DNA of 64,000 nt from NCBI GenBank assembly GCA_030295235.1, contig AP026152.1, positions 434,001 to 498,000 of the forward strand. The letters run 5' to 3'. Origin of the DNA: Fistulifera solaris (taxonomy: Eukaryota). A program made the translations under genes and the position numbers. Below are positions 23,287-34,908 of the stretch, piece by piece; the first letter of the stretch is position 1; every line of letters starts with the position of its first letter. Under the pieces are notes generated by a model, which did no database searches, was not told where the DNA came from, and saw nothing but the letters and a program-made list of their open reading frames with translations.

Positions 23287-24812
23287 ATGTCGTACGAAAT
23301 ACCAGAATCGTCGAAGCCGATCCTCGATTCGGAATTGCCAGCGGACTTGCAAAGAACGTTTCATGAAGTGTGTATCAATGCAGACTCTATTTGTTCGTTT
23401 TACGAATTTATGGAACCAATGGAAAACTTTAGCACAATCTTTGATCGACAGCAAGATTTGAAGGCAGTAGTCTTGGCACATCCTGTCTTGGCACGAACGG
23501 TGACGAATGACAGTTGCAAGATATCGCTACTGAAAATTATTGCCACGAGCAACGGCCAACTTCTTCGGCGAACCCTTGAATTCCTCCTGCATACCAACCC
23601 GTATGCACTACTGTACCCAGGTTCCCGGAGGTGCAATTGCCTCATTCATGACATTGCGGCGGATAGTAGGAACTGTTTTTGCTCCCATGGATTGCCGAAC
23701 ACTATCCGTGGGTGTTCCAGCATGCTTTGTGCCAGCGAAGGCCACCCCACATTAAAATGATGAAATGCTACATCAAGGGCCGGTGCAGCCTAGAAACTGT
23801 CCGGAACTTTTACGAATGGTACCCGCAAGGTCTTCAGGAAAAAGATACCGCTAGTCCGCAGCACGTGTCCCTGTATCCCCTGTCGCTGTACTGTGAGGGA
23901 TTGGCTGATCCCGACGCCGATTTCTTTATCTGGATGGCTAAGCAATTCCCTGACGCTGTACATGATAAACTTACTATGGGGCGTACTATGCTGCAAAAGA
24001 TTTGTTTTTCACTTTGCACGCCGAACTTAGCCAAAATTTGCCGTTTCCTTATTACCGAACATGCTGGTCTCATACGCGAAAAAGGAACTAATGGATGGCC
24101 TCTGCCGATTCAAGCGCTGGCTATAGGTTGCAATCGTCCCCTGGTGCAGGAAATGATTGTTCTTATGCTGAAAACGTGTCCCGAGTGTATCAAAGGCAGT
24201 TCAGGGAACTGGCTCAAGGACCTTTCATCAGTTGCGTTTCTTCAACAAGTTCATCCGCTCATTGTACGCGAATTGGAAATCAATGAAGAGATTAATGTAC
24301 TCACTCAGATGTCGAATAACATTACAAAAGCAGCAACCCTGACGTCCCATCAATCTAGGAATGAAACAGGGAGCAAAGGCGTGAAATCGGCTCTTTTTCA
24401 TTCCATGTCGGTAGTCTATTGTTCCTGGTCAAACCTAAGAACCTGTAGCGGCTTACCGGAGCAGAAGCAACAAATACAAGACAAAATATCGGAAGTATGT
24501 CGTCGCTGGGAAGGGGACAACGACGTTCCTCAGATAGAGTGGGAACTAGAAATAATGGCAGTAGAAGTAGGAATAGGATTGCTAGATTGGATGGCCAACG
24601 ATGATGATGACGGCAATTATAATGATCGCTTCTTAAGAGAGGATCGCGCCTCTGAGAATGAGGAGAACGAAAACTATTCCTTCGGAAGCAGATGTTGTTG
24701 GCCTTTCAACCGAAATCGAGGACGCGGTCGACGACAACGTCACTGTCGGAGTCCAGAGTCCCGAAGATTACGACATTTCCTTCGATAGCGAGCAGTATAG
24801 GTGTTTAAGATG
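23287..24812 (+). CDS. Array paralog G, frameshifted at ~23680 and probably ~24680
   Basis: MSYEIPESSKPILDSELPADL start; T-run break (NCF/LLPWIAEHYPWVF); an acidic tail continues in another frame (EADVVGLSTEIEDAVDD...). Confidence 0.75.
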
Positions 24813-24849
24813 ATCGTTTATGCATCTGAGCGTGATGGGAATGGCTTAG

Positions 24850-26400
24850 ACAACCAAAATTTGCCGTTTTCTTATCACCAACATCGTGATTTGATCCTCC
24901 AAGATATGTACCGGTATCATAGCGGTCATCTACCGATTGTTATGCTAACACATCGATGCAACCGTCCTCTGGTGCAGGACGTGGCTGTTCTCGTGATGAA
25001 AACATGCCTTGAGTGTGAAAGATAGGGCAGGCATCTGACTCCCTTGACTTTCTACGAATCCGTTCATTCAGCAAGTTCATCGGCTTGTTGTGCAAGACTC
25101 AGAATTCGATAAGGAGATGTCTTTCCAGCTTAAGTGTCGAATTTTATTGCCAGGGCAGCTATCAAGACGACGCATCGATCTAAGAGACAAGCGGACGGTA
25201 TCGTCATGAAATCGGCCTTACTTGGTTCTCTTTCGGGAGTTTTCCGCTCGTGGGCGGACCTTCGAATACAGAAGCAACAAATACAAGAGCAAATAATAGC
25301 GGAGTGTGTCGTAATGCGGAAGGAGATTACGTTCCTGAAAGAGTGTGGATTGCAGATCAAATGAGAGTAACTTTACAAAGATTTGATGGCGCATCCCGAC
25401 GCCGATATTGACGACGATGATGATGACGTTGTTTCTAGGGGCCGCGGATATGCGTTAAACAGCGAAGACGAAGTTGAAGTTGAAGACGAATGAGAAGGGT
25501 ATGGCGCTTTTGGGCCGGAAAGCGAAGAGGACGAACGCTTTTTTTTCTGAAAACGCCAAGCACTTAAAATCCGTATTTTGGGAAAGATTTGACAGTGTCG
25601 ACAGTATCGATAGTGACACCTCTCGTGGAGGTAATTCATCGCATTCTGACAATAATGGCAAGAACTCACCCGAAATCGACGCTGCTGATAACTCAAGTAT
25701 GAGAATTGTTGGTCGGAAGAGGATAAAGAAGACGATGATGTATGATGATTTTCCCAGGAAGATGAATCTAACGGCAATGTTTCCACCGCCGTTGAAGCGC
25801 ACGACGACGTCTTCACCGCCATTGCGGAAATGAAGACTTCTATGACGATCGCTCTCCTGAAACTGAGAATGAGGAGGGTGTGTTTGATGACAGCAAGGCG
25901 AATAACTACGATTATGAAGATCAGTCCCCTGAGACAGACGATGTTCACAAGCGTGCTGATGAAGTAGATCAGTACAAAGGCGATAGTACGTCTGACGGTG
26001 AGATTGAAGAGGATGACGCACCACATAAATCGAGGAAGAAGCTTGCTCTCATGAAGAACCTGGCGAGATCGATATTTCCGCCGCAATTGAAGAGGACGAT
26101 GACGTTTCCACTGACGTTGAGGATAATGAAGAACATGACTGCTATCATGAAAATAAGTCCCCTGAGACCGACGACGTATACGAGCGCGCTGATGAAGCAG
26201 CTCAGCACGAAGACGTTCGTTCGTCTGACGACGAGATCGGAGAGGATGATGCACCAGATGAAATTGAGGAAGAAGCTGACGAGATCGATGAAGTTGGTTG
26301 TGCCGAAAGCGATGGCCATGAGGATTATTACGACTACGACGATTACGTTGTTTGCGACGACTACGATTACTACGGCAATGACTATTCGGCTGGCGGATAG
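24850..26400 (+). pseudogene. Array paralog H: 5'-truncated, multiply disrupted remnant with very long acidic tail
   Basis: Fragments KICRFLI, GHLPIVMLTHRCNRPLVQDVAVLVMKTC, PFIQQVHRLV, SLSGVFRSWADLRIQKQQIQ, then ~1 kb of D/E codons interrupted by stops and frameshifts. Confidence 0.75.
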
Positions 26401-26476
26401 AGCTATCGAAAGCTCGTTGAGCACGGTTATGAGTAGAGATATTGTTTGAGACTACATCTGCCGTTCACTTCTAGAA

Positions 26477-27116
26477 CTAGCTATTGTTTTCGGCGCCTTC
26501 CGAGAAAAATTGACTCAGTTTGTAGTGTTTGTCGTCGTCCTCCGATTTTGGTCTGTGACGATGATGTTTCTTCCGGCGTTTCCTGGAGCTGTCATCACTT
26601 TCCGAGTCACTGCTGCTACTCTCCCTATGCCGGTGTTTCCTCTTTTGTGTTTTCGTTTCTGTTTTTTCTTGCTGTGCTTTTTATGGTCTCCACTGCTCTC
26701 GGAACTCTCTTCCGAAGTGCTCTCGTCCGAAGAGGACTCGTCCTCTTTCCGTCGTCTGCGTTTCTTCTTCTTTTTCTTTGATTTTACTGATTTCCGCGCC
26801 AGCAGTCGATCACGTTGTTCGTCTAATTTCCTTCGATACAATTCCATTTCCTGTTCATTGGTTTCGTCTAAATTTAACTTATCATGATTGTCCTTTTGTA
26901 TTGCTCCCACGTGGGTCGATTCGCATCCGCCAATTTTTCGGCAATCGTTCGTTCTTCCCGACCCGTCATGAGACGCATCACCGCGTCCATTTGGGCGCTC
27001 GGAGGAGGCACCGCCGTAGTAGCTGTGCGCTGTTGGGCGGCAAAGCGAGCATCTTGTGCCGGACGATCGGCCACTTTCGAATAGTCGACGAGGGATTTGC
27101 GTGGAGGATCACTCAT
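26477..27116 (-). CDS. FAM133-like Lys/Ser-rich nuclear protein (frameshifted)
   Basis: RTIAEKLADANRPTWEQYK resembles the FAM133 RPTWE motif; poly-K/R and S/E tracts; ends KHYKLSQFFSEGAENNS; frame breaks at ~26890 and ~26630. Confidence 0.55.
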
Positions 27117-27500
27117 TGTGTCAAGTGTGTTTTGTGATGTGCAAAAGACCCTTTGTGGTTGGAGATTTTGTGCGGTCAAAAAAAAATATTTATTTGCGTG
27201 TCGTCGCAACAAAAAATCTCCTCCACATCATCATCGACAACGGTTCGGGTTATTGTGTCACGGATGTTTTTAGTCTTATTACAGCAGTATTCATGCTACA
27301 TATACAGCATACAGTTCGACTGTTCGGGTTGCCATTATTTGCCATCGCCAAAGATCCGCTTTCTGCGTCATCCGTCGCGCCCTTGCGCAAAACGCAACAA
27401 TAAGAAACGCGGCATCGTGTTGACACTTCTCTCAACAATTACAATACCGATAGACAGACACGCCTTGTCTTCGCATAAAAAGTCAAAGAGCAATCGAATA

Positions 27501-28226
27501 ATGAGGGCGCTTCTTTCCTGTTTTCTTCTCGTGGCGGCATCGCAAGCCTTTCAACCTGTCCTACCCGAGATCTCGTCTTTTCGAACGACGGCTCTTCAAA
27601 TGGCCGATTCCTCGAATGTCGATCGTCGAAAGTTTTTGCTACAAACCATCGCTGCCTCTGCTTTCCTGACTCCCCTTGCAGCACAAGCCATCGGCCCCGT
27701 CCGTATCTCATTGACTCCCACGTCGTACATCGCTCGGACGTGTCCACCCAACAAACCCATTCCAGGACAAAAGGCCATGCAGGGCATGCGGGGACTTTGC
27801 GTCACCGTCCAAGCGACGTTAAACGATCCTGTCCCGAAAGAACTCGAAAAAGTTGGTGTCTATGGGTTCATTACGGACGGAGATACCGGAGACTCGGTGT
27901 TGGCGAACAACCCGGATCTCAGTACGGATGCGGGACAATTTGCCATTGTCGAAAAAGTAAAGACGACCGATAAGACGATTGAATTCGAATTCATTGCGGC
28001 CGTCCCTCGCGAAAAAGATTTGACGCAATACGACAATGGGATCGGACCGCTCAACTTTGAAAGTTTGCGATTGGTGAGTTTCCCGGGGGGACAGCAATAC
28101 GGTGAGATCAATCCGTGCGAAATGAACGAATTCAGTACCGAGTGTGAAGAATGGGAAGAACAAAATGGGCCCTACACGAAAGGAAAATTTATGATGGAAA
28201 GTAACAGCCGTACCAAAGGACGCTAA
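27501..28226 (+). CDS. Uncharacterised protein predicted for the thylakoid lumen
   Basis: Signal peptide MRALLSCFLLVAASQA-F, transit region, twin-Arg VDRRKFL + hydrophobic helix + AQA cleavage site. Confidence 0.8.
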   Translation: MRALLSCFLLVAASQAFQPVLPEISSFRTTALQMADSSNVDRRKFLLQTIAASAFLTPLAAQAIGPVRISLTPTSYIARTCPPNKPIPGQKAMQGMRGLCVTVQATLNDPVPKELEKVGVYGFITDGDTGDSVLANNPDLSTDAGQFAIVEKVKTTDKTIEFEFIAAVPREKDLTQYDNGIGPLNFESLRLVSFPGGQQYGEINPCEMNEFSTECEEWEEQNGPYTKGKFMMESNSRTKGR

Positions 28227-28344
28227 AGACGAAGTCGATTGATTGCCAGAAAACGACATTGCTAAAATATATAGGGAAGCATTAGTACTCTACTTCAAAG
28301 GAAGACGTGATAATGCTGTTCAGTCTGCTCTCATATATCTTTTT

Positions 28345-29910
28345 TTAAATTTCTCCGGCAGTACGTCCGGTTAAATCACCAATATCCTTATGACTTTCGT
28401 CCCACAGAGTATGGAAGGTTTGACCGGATGGTTTGTCGACACGCTCGTACGTGTGCCCGCCAAAGAAATCGCGCTGCGCTTGAATTAGATTCGCGGGCAA
28501 TCGGCCTCGACGGTATTGATCATAATACGACAATCCCGCCGATAAAGCGGGTGTCGCGATACCACACGCCACTCCCAAACTGACAATGCGTCGCCAGGCC
28601 ATGTGGCGGGCATTCAATTCGGCCGAAAAGCCACTTTTGTCCACCAACAGATTGGCTAGACCCGGGTTGTTGGTCAATGCGTTGGTAATCTTAGTGAGCA
28701 ACGCCGCGCGAATGATGCATCCGCCCCGCCACATACTCGCGCACAATGACAAGTCGACATCCCAGCCGTGCTTATCAGATGCCGCCCGGATGATACTGAG
28801 ACCCTGTGCATAAGAAGTGACCTTGGCGCAATACAAAGCGGATTGCAAGTCCGAAATGATCTGGTCCTTGTCCACGAGAGGTTTACTTTCCTCCGGTGGA
28901 CCTTCGAGAAGTTTTTCGGCGGCTACGCGTTCTTCCTTTCGGGCCGATAAATAGCGACTATCGAGCGAGGCTGCAATCACGGGAGCAGCTACACTTTGCT
29001 CGGCGGCCTCTTGCACTGTCCAGCGTCCCGTCCCTTTCATTCCTGTTTTATCGAGAATTTGATCCACCACATATCCATTTGCGTCGGCATCGTCGCGGTC
29101 TTCCTTCTTGGCAAGAATCTTGGCCGTGATTTCAATCAAATACGATTCCAGCTCACCCTTATTCCATTCGTGAAATAGATCCGACATTTCTTTATTGCTC
29201 ATTCCAACGATCGTCTGGAGCATGTGCATAGGAATATATGTTGAGAGGGGTGCTGACGTAGACTACCACCAGATCAAACGCAGACGTACCTTGAGAATAT
29301 CGTACACTTCACTAATCAATTGCATGTCCCCATACTCGATTCCGTTGTGCACCATTTTGACGTAATTCCCGGCTCCGATAGGTCCACAATATCCAGTACA
29401 AGGCGTTCCGTCGGGTGCCTTGGCGGCGCATTTCATCAGAATGGGTTCAATCATATCGTACGCTTCTTTTGGACCACCAGGCATGAGGGAAGGACCATTG
29501 CGTGCACCCTCTTCTCCACCCGAGATCCCCATACCAATAAATAAGATTCCTTTCTCAGCTAATTCAGTAGAACGACGAATTTGATGGGGGAACCATTCGT
29601 TTCCACCGTCAATAATCAAATCTCCTTCTTCCAGATATTCCGACAAGGCCTCAATGGTCATATCGACCGGTTTTCCCGCTTGTACCAAAATGACAATTTT
29701 GCGTGGCTTTTTCAACTTCGAACAAAAGTCTTGTGGCGAGTCGGACGGAGTAATGGGCAAATTGCCTTCGTTCTGGGCCCGGGCCACGGTCGTCACGACC
29801 TTGCTGTGCGAACGATTCCCCACACAGACCGAAAAGCCGTGGGAGGCCATGTTGAGAGCAAAGTTTTGCCCCATGATGGCGAGACCGTACATTCCAATGT
29901 CGCAACTCAT
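28345..29910 (-). CDS. gnd: 6-phosphogluconate dehydrogenase, decarboxylating (no targeting presequence); intron 29215-29289
   Basis: IGMYGLAIMGQNFALN, DGGNE, GISGGEEGARNGPSLMPGG, VKMVHNGIEYGDMQLI, GMKGTGRWT, WRGGCIIRA, NLIQAQRDFFGGHTYER. Confidence 0.97.
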
Positions 29911-31106
29911 ACTGTGAGGGAGCAAAGTAACAGATTTAGTGAAGATTGTTAGGCTTTGTTAAAGCATAAACGTAAAGACACTCCTCCGATGATGTTACTT
30001 TCGTCATGACATCCTTAAACGCACCTGTATTTTTCAGACTATTATAGCTTATAATATATGAAGGTCCTTGTCTTCCTTCGATTAATGAAGGTAAGAAAAG
30101 AGAAGAAGAATAGGCCCTTCTTTTGCAAAGGGAAAGAAGGAAAGCGACTTCCAACTCCGTATCATCGAATGCGATCTTCGTCGAACATCCGCGTCGGAGG
30201 GAATTCGCTGCCGTTTTTAGGAGCTTTATTATCGGTGCACCTTGAATCTAAACGGTGTACCCCCAGAGTACTCCCAAAAGGATAGTCGAAATCCATATGA
30301 ATCTATTGGAACCGGTGTGACATGTAACAGATCTTAGCAGATTAGTGCTCTCTAGAGAGAAAGATCAATGGGTAAAAATGCAATTAAAATAATTGTAATC
30401 AGTGTATTCATTCTTTTTCCTTCGATTTACTTGTGTCAAGATTTCTCTTATCGACGTGCTTCTTGAGTTTTTTTTTAACATGGGTGGCAGTTCTTCGAAA
30501 TCGGATAATGGTGACTATGGCATAAAATGTAGACGACTTTTTTCGACTGAGGACTCGACTCCAGTCAAGAAACAACATTGACATATTATTGGTAGCGGTC
30601 TCTGGGGTTTTTTCGTGTCTTTCTCAAACATTACGATGCTCAAGAGCGTCTTAAAGCATTAACCTTTGTGATGTGACTTAAGATCGCATAATGCTGGGAT
30701 TCTGATCGATCATCCACGCGTGTGTTGTTTTCGTAAAATGACTATAGCACAGAGTGTTGGTTTACGACTTTCCACGACTCAGTTGATTTTAGTCCCGTAA
30801 ATGACAACAGCGATGCTTCGTTCGTGATTGCGTCATCCGTCGCGCCACGAAACGGTGTTGAAGTCAACTTTTGTTTCGTCTCGAAAGACTTCCTTTTGAT
30901 AAGAAGGACAAAGTATCTAGTCTATGAAACACGTGACAAGTAGACACTCATCGTCTTCAAAAGGACCGCACACGACAACACGACTCAGTCAATTGATCGA
31001 AAAGCACTTACACCATCCGATAACAAGTCAGTGTGCATTAGAACGTTGTAAAAGTCAAGCGACAAGCTCATAAAAATCAGACACACGAAACAAAAATAGA
31101 GACAAT

Positions 31107-32252
31107 ATGAGAAAGCATGCATGCACACTGGCCGTTGTGCTTCTCGCGCACAACACTTATGCCTTTACTTCCATGAAACCCCATTTAACCCGAAATATCC
31201 ATTCAACGCCCAGGACGACATTGCTCAAGGCTGAAACTTCCGACGATCAAATCGAACGACTGCGATCGGAAGCGGCTCGCTTGCGAGCCGAAGCGGCTGC
31301 TCTGGAGGCGCGTCAAGCCGCCGAAATGGCACAAGCCGTCGAAAAAGTCTTCCAAAAATTCGATACCAACAAGGATGGAGAAATTTCTCTCGCCGAACTC
31401 AAGGCGGGCTTGGAAAATGCTTTCAAGCTGGAATTATCCGAAGATCGTGTGCGTAAGTTGATGGAAGCCTTTGACAAGAGTGGAGACGGAGCCTTACAGT
31501 TGGATGAATTCGTTGGAGTCGATCGATTCCGCAACAAACTAGACGCATTAGCGCGTGATGAACGCGCCAAGGCGTTGGAAAAGGCCAAGATTGCCAAGCA
31601 AGAAGCCGATGTTTCTCGTCTTCTCGAAGCACAAGTAGCGAGAATCAATGATGGTCCTCCGACTCCGACGGATCGAATTGTTTCCATTCTTCCGTATTTA
31701 TTCCCTTTAATGGATGGCCTGCAATACGCCAGTTTCCTTTTATTGAAAAATCAAGACAATCCGTTGGCGGTCCTGTCGTTGATCACTTACACGCTGTATC
31801 GAGCCATCCCCTTTGGTGGATTCATTGCTTTCTTTGCACTCTTTTACGTCGCGGGAAAACCCGAAATCAATCGCCTGGTGCGATTCAATACACAACAAGC
31901 CATCTATTTGGACATTGCGTTGTTCTTTCCTGGTTTAATTACGGGTCTCTTTGCCATTCTCGGCGGACCCGTCGATCCGACCTTGGCCGAAGTCACCAAC
32001 GATGCCATCTTTTTCACGTTAGCGGCGGCCATCCTGTACTCGGTAGGCAGTTCCTTGTTGGGAATCTATCCCGATAAGATTCCCTTCATTTCGGACGCTG
32101 TCGCGAACCGCATTCCGCCTGCGGAAAAGATTATGAAGGACAACAAGGACTTTTTGGATATGATTATCAAGAACGGAGGGAAGTTGCCCAAAGACTTGGT
32201 CGGACCAAACGGAGATGCTCTGGAAAAGAAAGATGAAGACAAGAAAAAGTAA
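31107..32252 (+). CDS. Plastid Tic20-family protein with N-terminal EF-hand pair
   Basis: Signal peptide ...TYA-F; EF loops DTNKDGEISLAE and DKSGDGALQLDE; Tic20 signatures SILPYLFPLMDG and LVRFNTQQAIYLDI. Confidence 0.85.
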   Translation: MRKHACTLAVVLLAHNTYAFTSMKPHLTRNIHSTPRTTLLKAETSDDQIERLRSEAARLRAEAAALEARQAAEMAQAVEKVFQKFDTNKDGEISLAELKAGLENAFKLELSEDRVRKLMEAFDKSGDGALQLDEFVGVDRFRNKLDALARDERAKALEKAKIAKQEADVSRLLEAQVARINDGPPTPTDRIVSILPYLFPLMDGLQYASFLLLKNQDNPLAVLSLITYTLYRAIPFGGFIAFFALFYVAGKPEINRLVRFNTQQAIYLDIALFFPGLITGLFAILGGPVDPTLAEVTNDAIFFTLAAAILYSVGSSLLGIYPDKIPFISDAVANRIPPAEKIMKDNKDFLDMIIKNGGKLPKDLVGPNGDALEKKDEDKKK

Positions 32253-32392
32253 TAAGCTGACGATTTGAATTGAATAGTTCATGTACCGTGTGGGTCGCTC
32301 GTTTGAACAAACCAGACAAAATAATATTGAAATAATGTTCTAAATACATGAAAATCAAAGATGAAAAACTACTCTTACTATCAAATACCCGC

Positions 32393-33233
32393 TTACGACG
32401 GCGGAACCAAGACTTGGTGCAACCAGTCGAGTTTCGTAACATCGCCCCCAATGTGCTGCAAATCCCGTTCAAATTGTTCCAACAATCCCAAGGGTTGTCG
32501 TTTACGGGACGGTACCATGACATGTTCCGCATCTTCCATTTCATCTACGGTCCGTCTTTTTTCTCGTTCTTGCATTTCTTGCATCAATGCTTCCGCCTCT
32601 TGTTGTCGACGCAGCAGGAGCGGCACGGCTTGTACGACGGCTTGTATTTCCGGCAACGAAATTTGGGAAGGATTCGTGTCGAGTGCCTTTTGTGCCAACA
32701 ACGCCGCATATTCCGTTTGTGTGACCGTTTGTTGCAACTGCTGACGACGCATTTGGGTCAATTGATAACGATCGCGCAATTGCTGCAATTCGTCTTGCAA
32801 ACGCTGTAACGCTTCGTGCGGATGTTCGTTCTCCTTTGCAATAACTTTTTGCCGCAATGATCCGTTCATCTTCTTCGACTACCGCGTCTTGCATTTCCAT
32901 GTCGGTGTCGATTTCTTCTTCGTCTTCGACTTTGTCGTCGGAAACAAATTGCTGCAGAATCAGCGCCCGGCGTTTCGGCGGATACTGCGCAATCGAAAAG
33001 ACGTGACGTCTGGCGTACACTTCGGCAATATCCATGCCACGATAATAGGCGGGAAGCAGAGTTTCTAGCAACTTTTCGATGCGGGTAGCATTGGCCATGG
33101 GCATGGACGTTCCGACGCTCGATCGCATGTGCTCCTCCAAGAGAGCCGTCATGACATCGGCGAGTTCCGCATTGAGCGTCCCAAACAATTGGGCGTCTTC
33201 TTGCACCAAATGTTCGTCTGTTTGTTCTGTCAT
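32393..33233 (-). CDS. Coiled-coil protein resembling kinetochore Mis12 (frameshift ~32850)
   Basis: IEKLLETLLPAYYRGMDIAEVYARRHVFSI resembles the Mis12 'KLETLL...D.FE.Y..RNIFSI' segment, followed by a Q/E-rich coiled coil. Confidence 0.55.
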
Positions 33234-33736
33234 TTCGTTGTTGTTGTGTTTGAATGAATAATGCGTGAGTCTCTTTCCCAAAGTGTTGTTGTGATTGAGG
33301 TGATCATTATTTCTTTCATCATTGTCGTGCCATTTTTTTCGTCAATGCAGGGCGAGAGGCGTGACAGGCGCGACGAAGGAAATAAATAGAAGAAATCATG
33401 TCAAGAAGACGTTTCATGATTAACACAAATTTGTTTCAATGTAACCTTTATTATACGGTGAAATTGTAGGACACACTCGGCCATCTGGTCCAACCTCCAC
33501 CCCTCACCCCTTCATCCTGCGTCAGAAAAAGACACGAGGAACGTTTTTGATGGCCGCAGCCACTTGATTTTTTTGTTTTTCTTTTTTTTCTGTCGTCGTG
33601 CCGACGTTGGTGAAAAAGAGACGCTTCTAACGTGCGTTTGTTCTTATAAGCAATACCCTACAATCATTATTACTCATCGAATTGACGTGATCGAATCATT
33701 TTATTCAATTTCGCTCAATCTTTCTTTTACTTTACA

Positions 33737-34789
33737 ATGTTCATCAAACATCTCGTCGTTCTGCTCCTCCCGGCCGCCGCCCACGCGTTTGTCGTCGTGC
33801 CTTCGGTGGCTACAACCATGCCGAAACCTCTGTTCCTTTCCAGTGTCTCGACGGAAGAGCGCTTTACCATTTTTGTGGGAAATATTCCTTCGGGTAAGAT
33901 CGTGAAGAGAATCATAATAGAGAGATGCTTCCATTCATTTCCAGGTCTCACGGTTGCGTTCTCTTCTTTCGTTCTTTCAGACTCGACGCAAGAAGGACTC
34001 GAAGCACTGTTTTCCCAACACGGATCGGTGAGTTCGGTCAATGTACCGACGAACCGCGAAACCGGTCAAGTGCGGGGGTTTGCCTTTGTGGACATGAGTA
34101 CCGCGGACGGTATGCAAGCCGCCATTGATGCCTTGAATGGAGAAGACTTTCACGGTAACGAATTGCGCGTATCCGAGTCGGTGCCGAAAGATCAATTAAA
34201 GAAGAAAGACAATAAAAACAAGGGTGTTGTTATGGAAGGATACAAAAAGCTTTATGTCGGTAACCTTCCGTACGATATTGATCGCGACGAATTGTCCGAA
34301 TTCTTTTCTACCTACGGTGATTTGCAAGATATTTACATTCCTACGAATGCCGACACCGGTTCCGGTCGTGGCTTTGCCTTTCTCACTTTGAAGGAAGAAG
34401 ATGCCAACCGCGCTGTGAGTGAGGCGAACGGGAAAGAGTTCAATGGACGTCCTTTGGTGGTCAATGAACCGTTGCAGGCGGGAGAACGACCGGCAAGACC
34501 TACCCGAAACAATAACAACAATAACAGCAACAACGTCAAGTTGTACGTCGGCAATTTGAGTTTCTACACGGTCCGCGAGACGTTGCAAGAAATCTTTGAA
34601 GAATTCGGGACCGTCATTGACTGTTACATGCCCGAAGATCCCGAGACGGGTGGTACACGAGGATTCGGGTTCGTGACAATGTCCAAGGATGCCGCCGATC
34701 GGGCCGTGGCCGAGATTGATGGGTGTGAAGTGGATGGTCGCGCGATTCGTGTGAATGTGGCGCAACCCAAGGGACGTGGTAGAAATTAA
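33737..34789 (+). CDS. Plastid-targeted RNA-binding protein with three RRM domains; in-frame intron 33894-33980
   Basis: Signal peptide ...AHA-F; RNP2 IFVGNI/LYVGNL x3 and RNP1 RGFAFV, RGFAFL, RGFGFV; 87-nt GTAAG...TTTCAG intron. Confidence 0.92.
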   Translation: MFIKHLVVLLLPAAAHAFVVVPSVATTMPKPLFLSSVSTEERFTIFVGNIPSGKIVKRIIIERCFHSFPGLTVAFSSFVLSDSTQEGLEALFSQHGSVSSVNVPTNRETGQVRGFAFVDMSTADGMQAAIDALNGEDFHGNELRVSESVPKDQLKKKDNKNKGVVMEGYKKLYVGNLPYDIDRDELSEFFSTYGDLQDIYIPTNADTGSGRGFAFLTLKEEDANRAVSEANGKEFNGRPLVVNEPLQAGERPARPTRNNNNNNSNNVKLYVGNLSFYTVRETLQEIFEEFGTVIDCYMPEDPETGGTRGFGFVTMSKDAADRAVAEIDGCEVDGRAIRVNVAQPKGRGRN

Positions 34790-34908
34790 GGAGACTTTTG
34801 CAATCCGTGAATCAGTATTTATCTTCTTTTCTGTTTCGCAATCAAATCGATGGATATTTACAAATAATGATAATGATAAAAATCAATCTGTTTTTCTATT
34901 GTGACTTA

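Noticed and set aside
7632..26400. Array as a transposon or viral insertion
   Set aside because: No transposase, RT, integrase or capsid motifs, terminal repeats or target-site duplications seen; host genes lie in the middle
25373..26449. Long ORFs on the minus strand and in alternate frames (293, 189 and 151 aa)
   Set aside because: Shadow ORFs of the GAY/GAR-rich acidic tail of paralog H
34196..34765. Antisense ORFs opposite RRM, gnd, AP-4 mu and other genes
   Set aside because: Expected by-product of codon bias on the coding strand; no independent motifs
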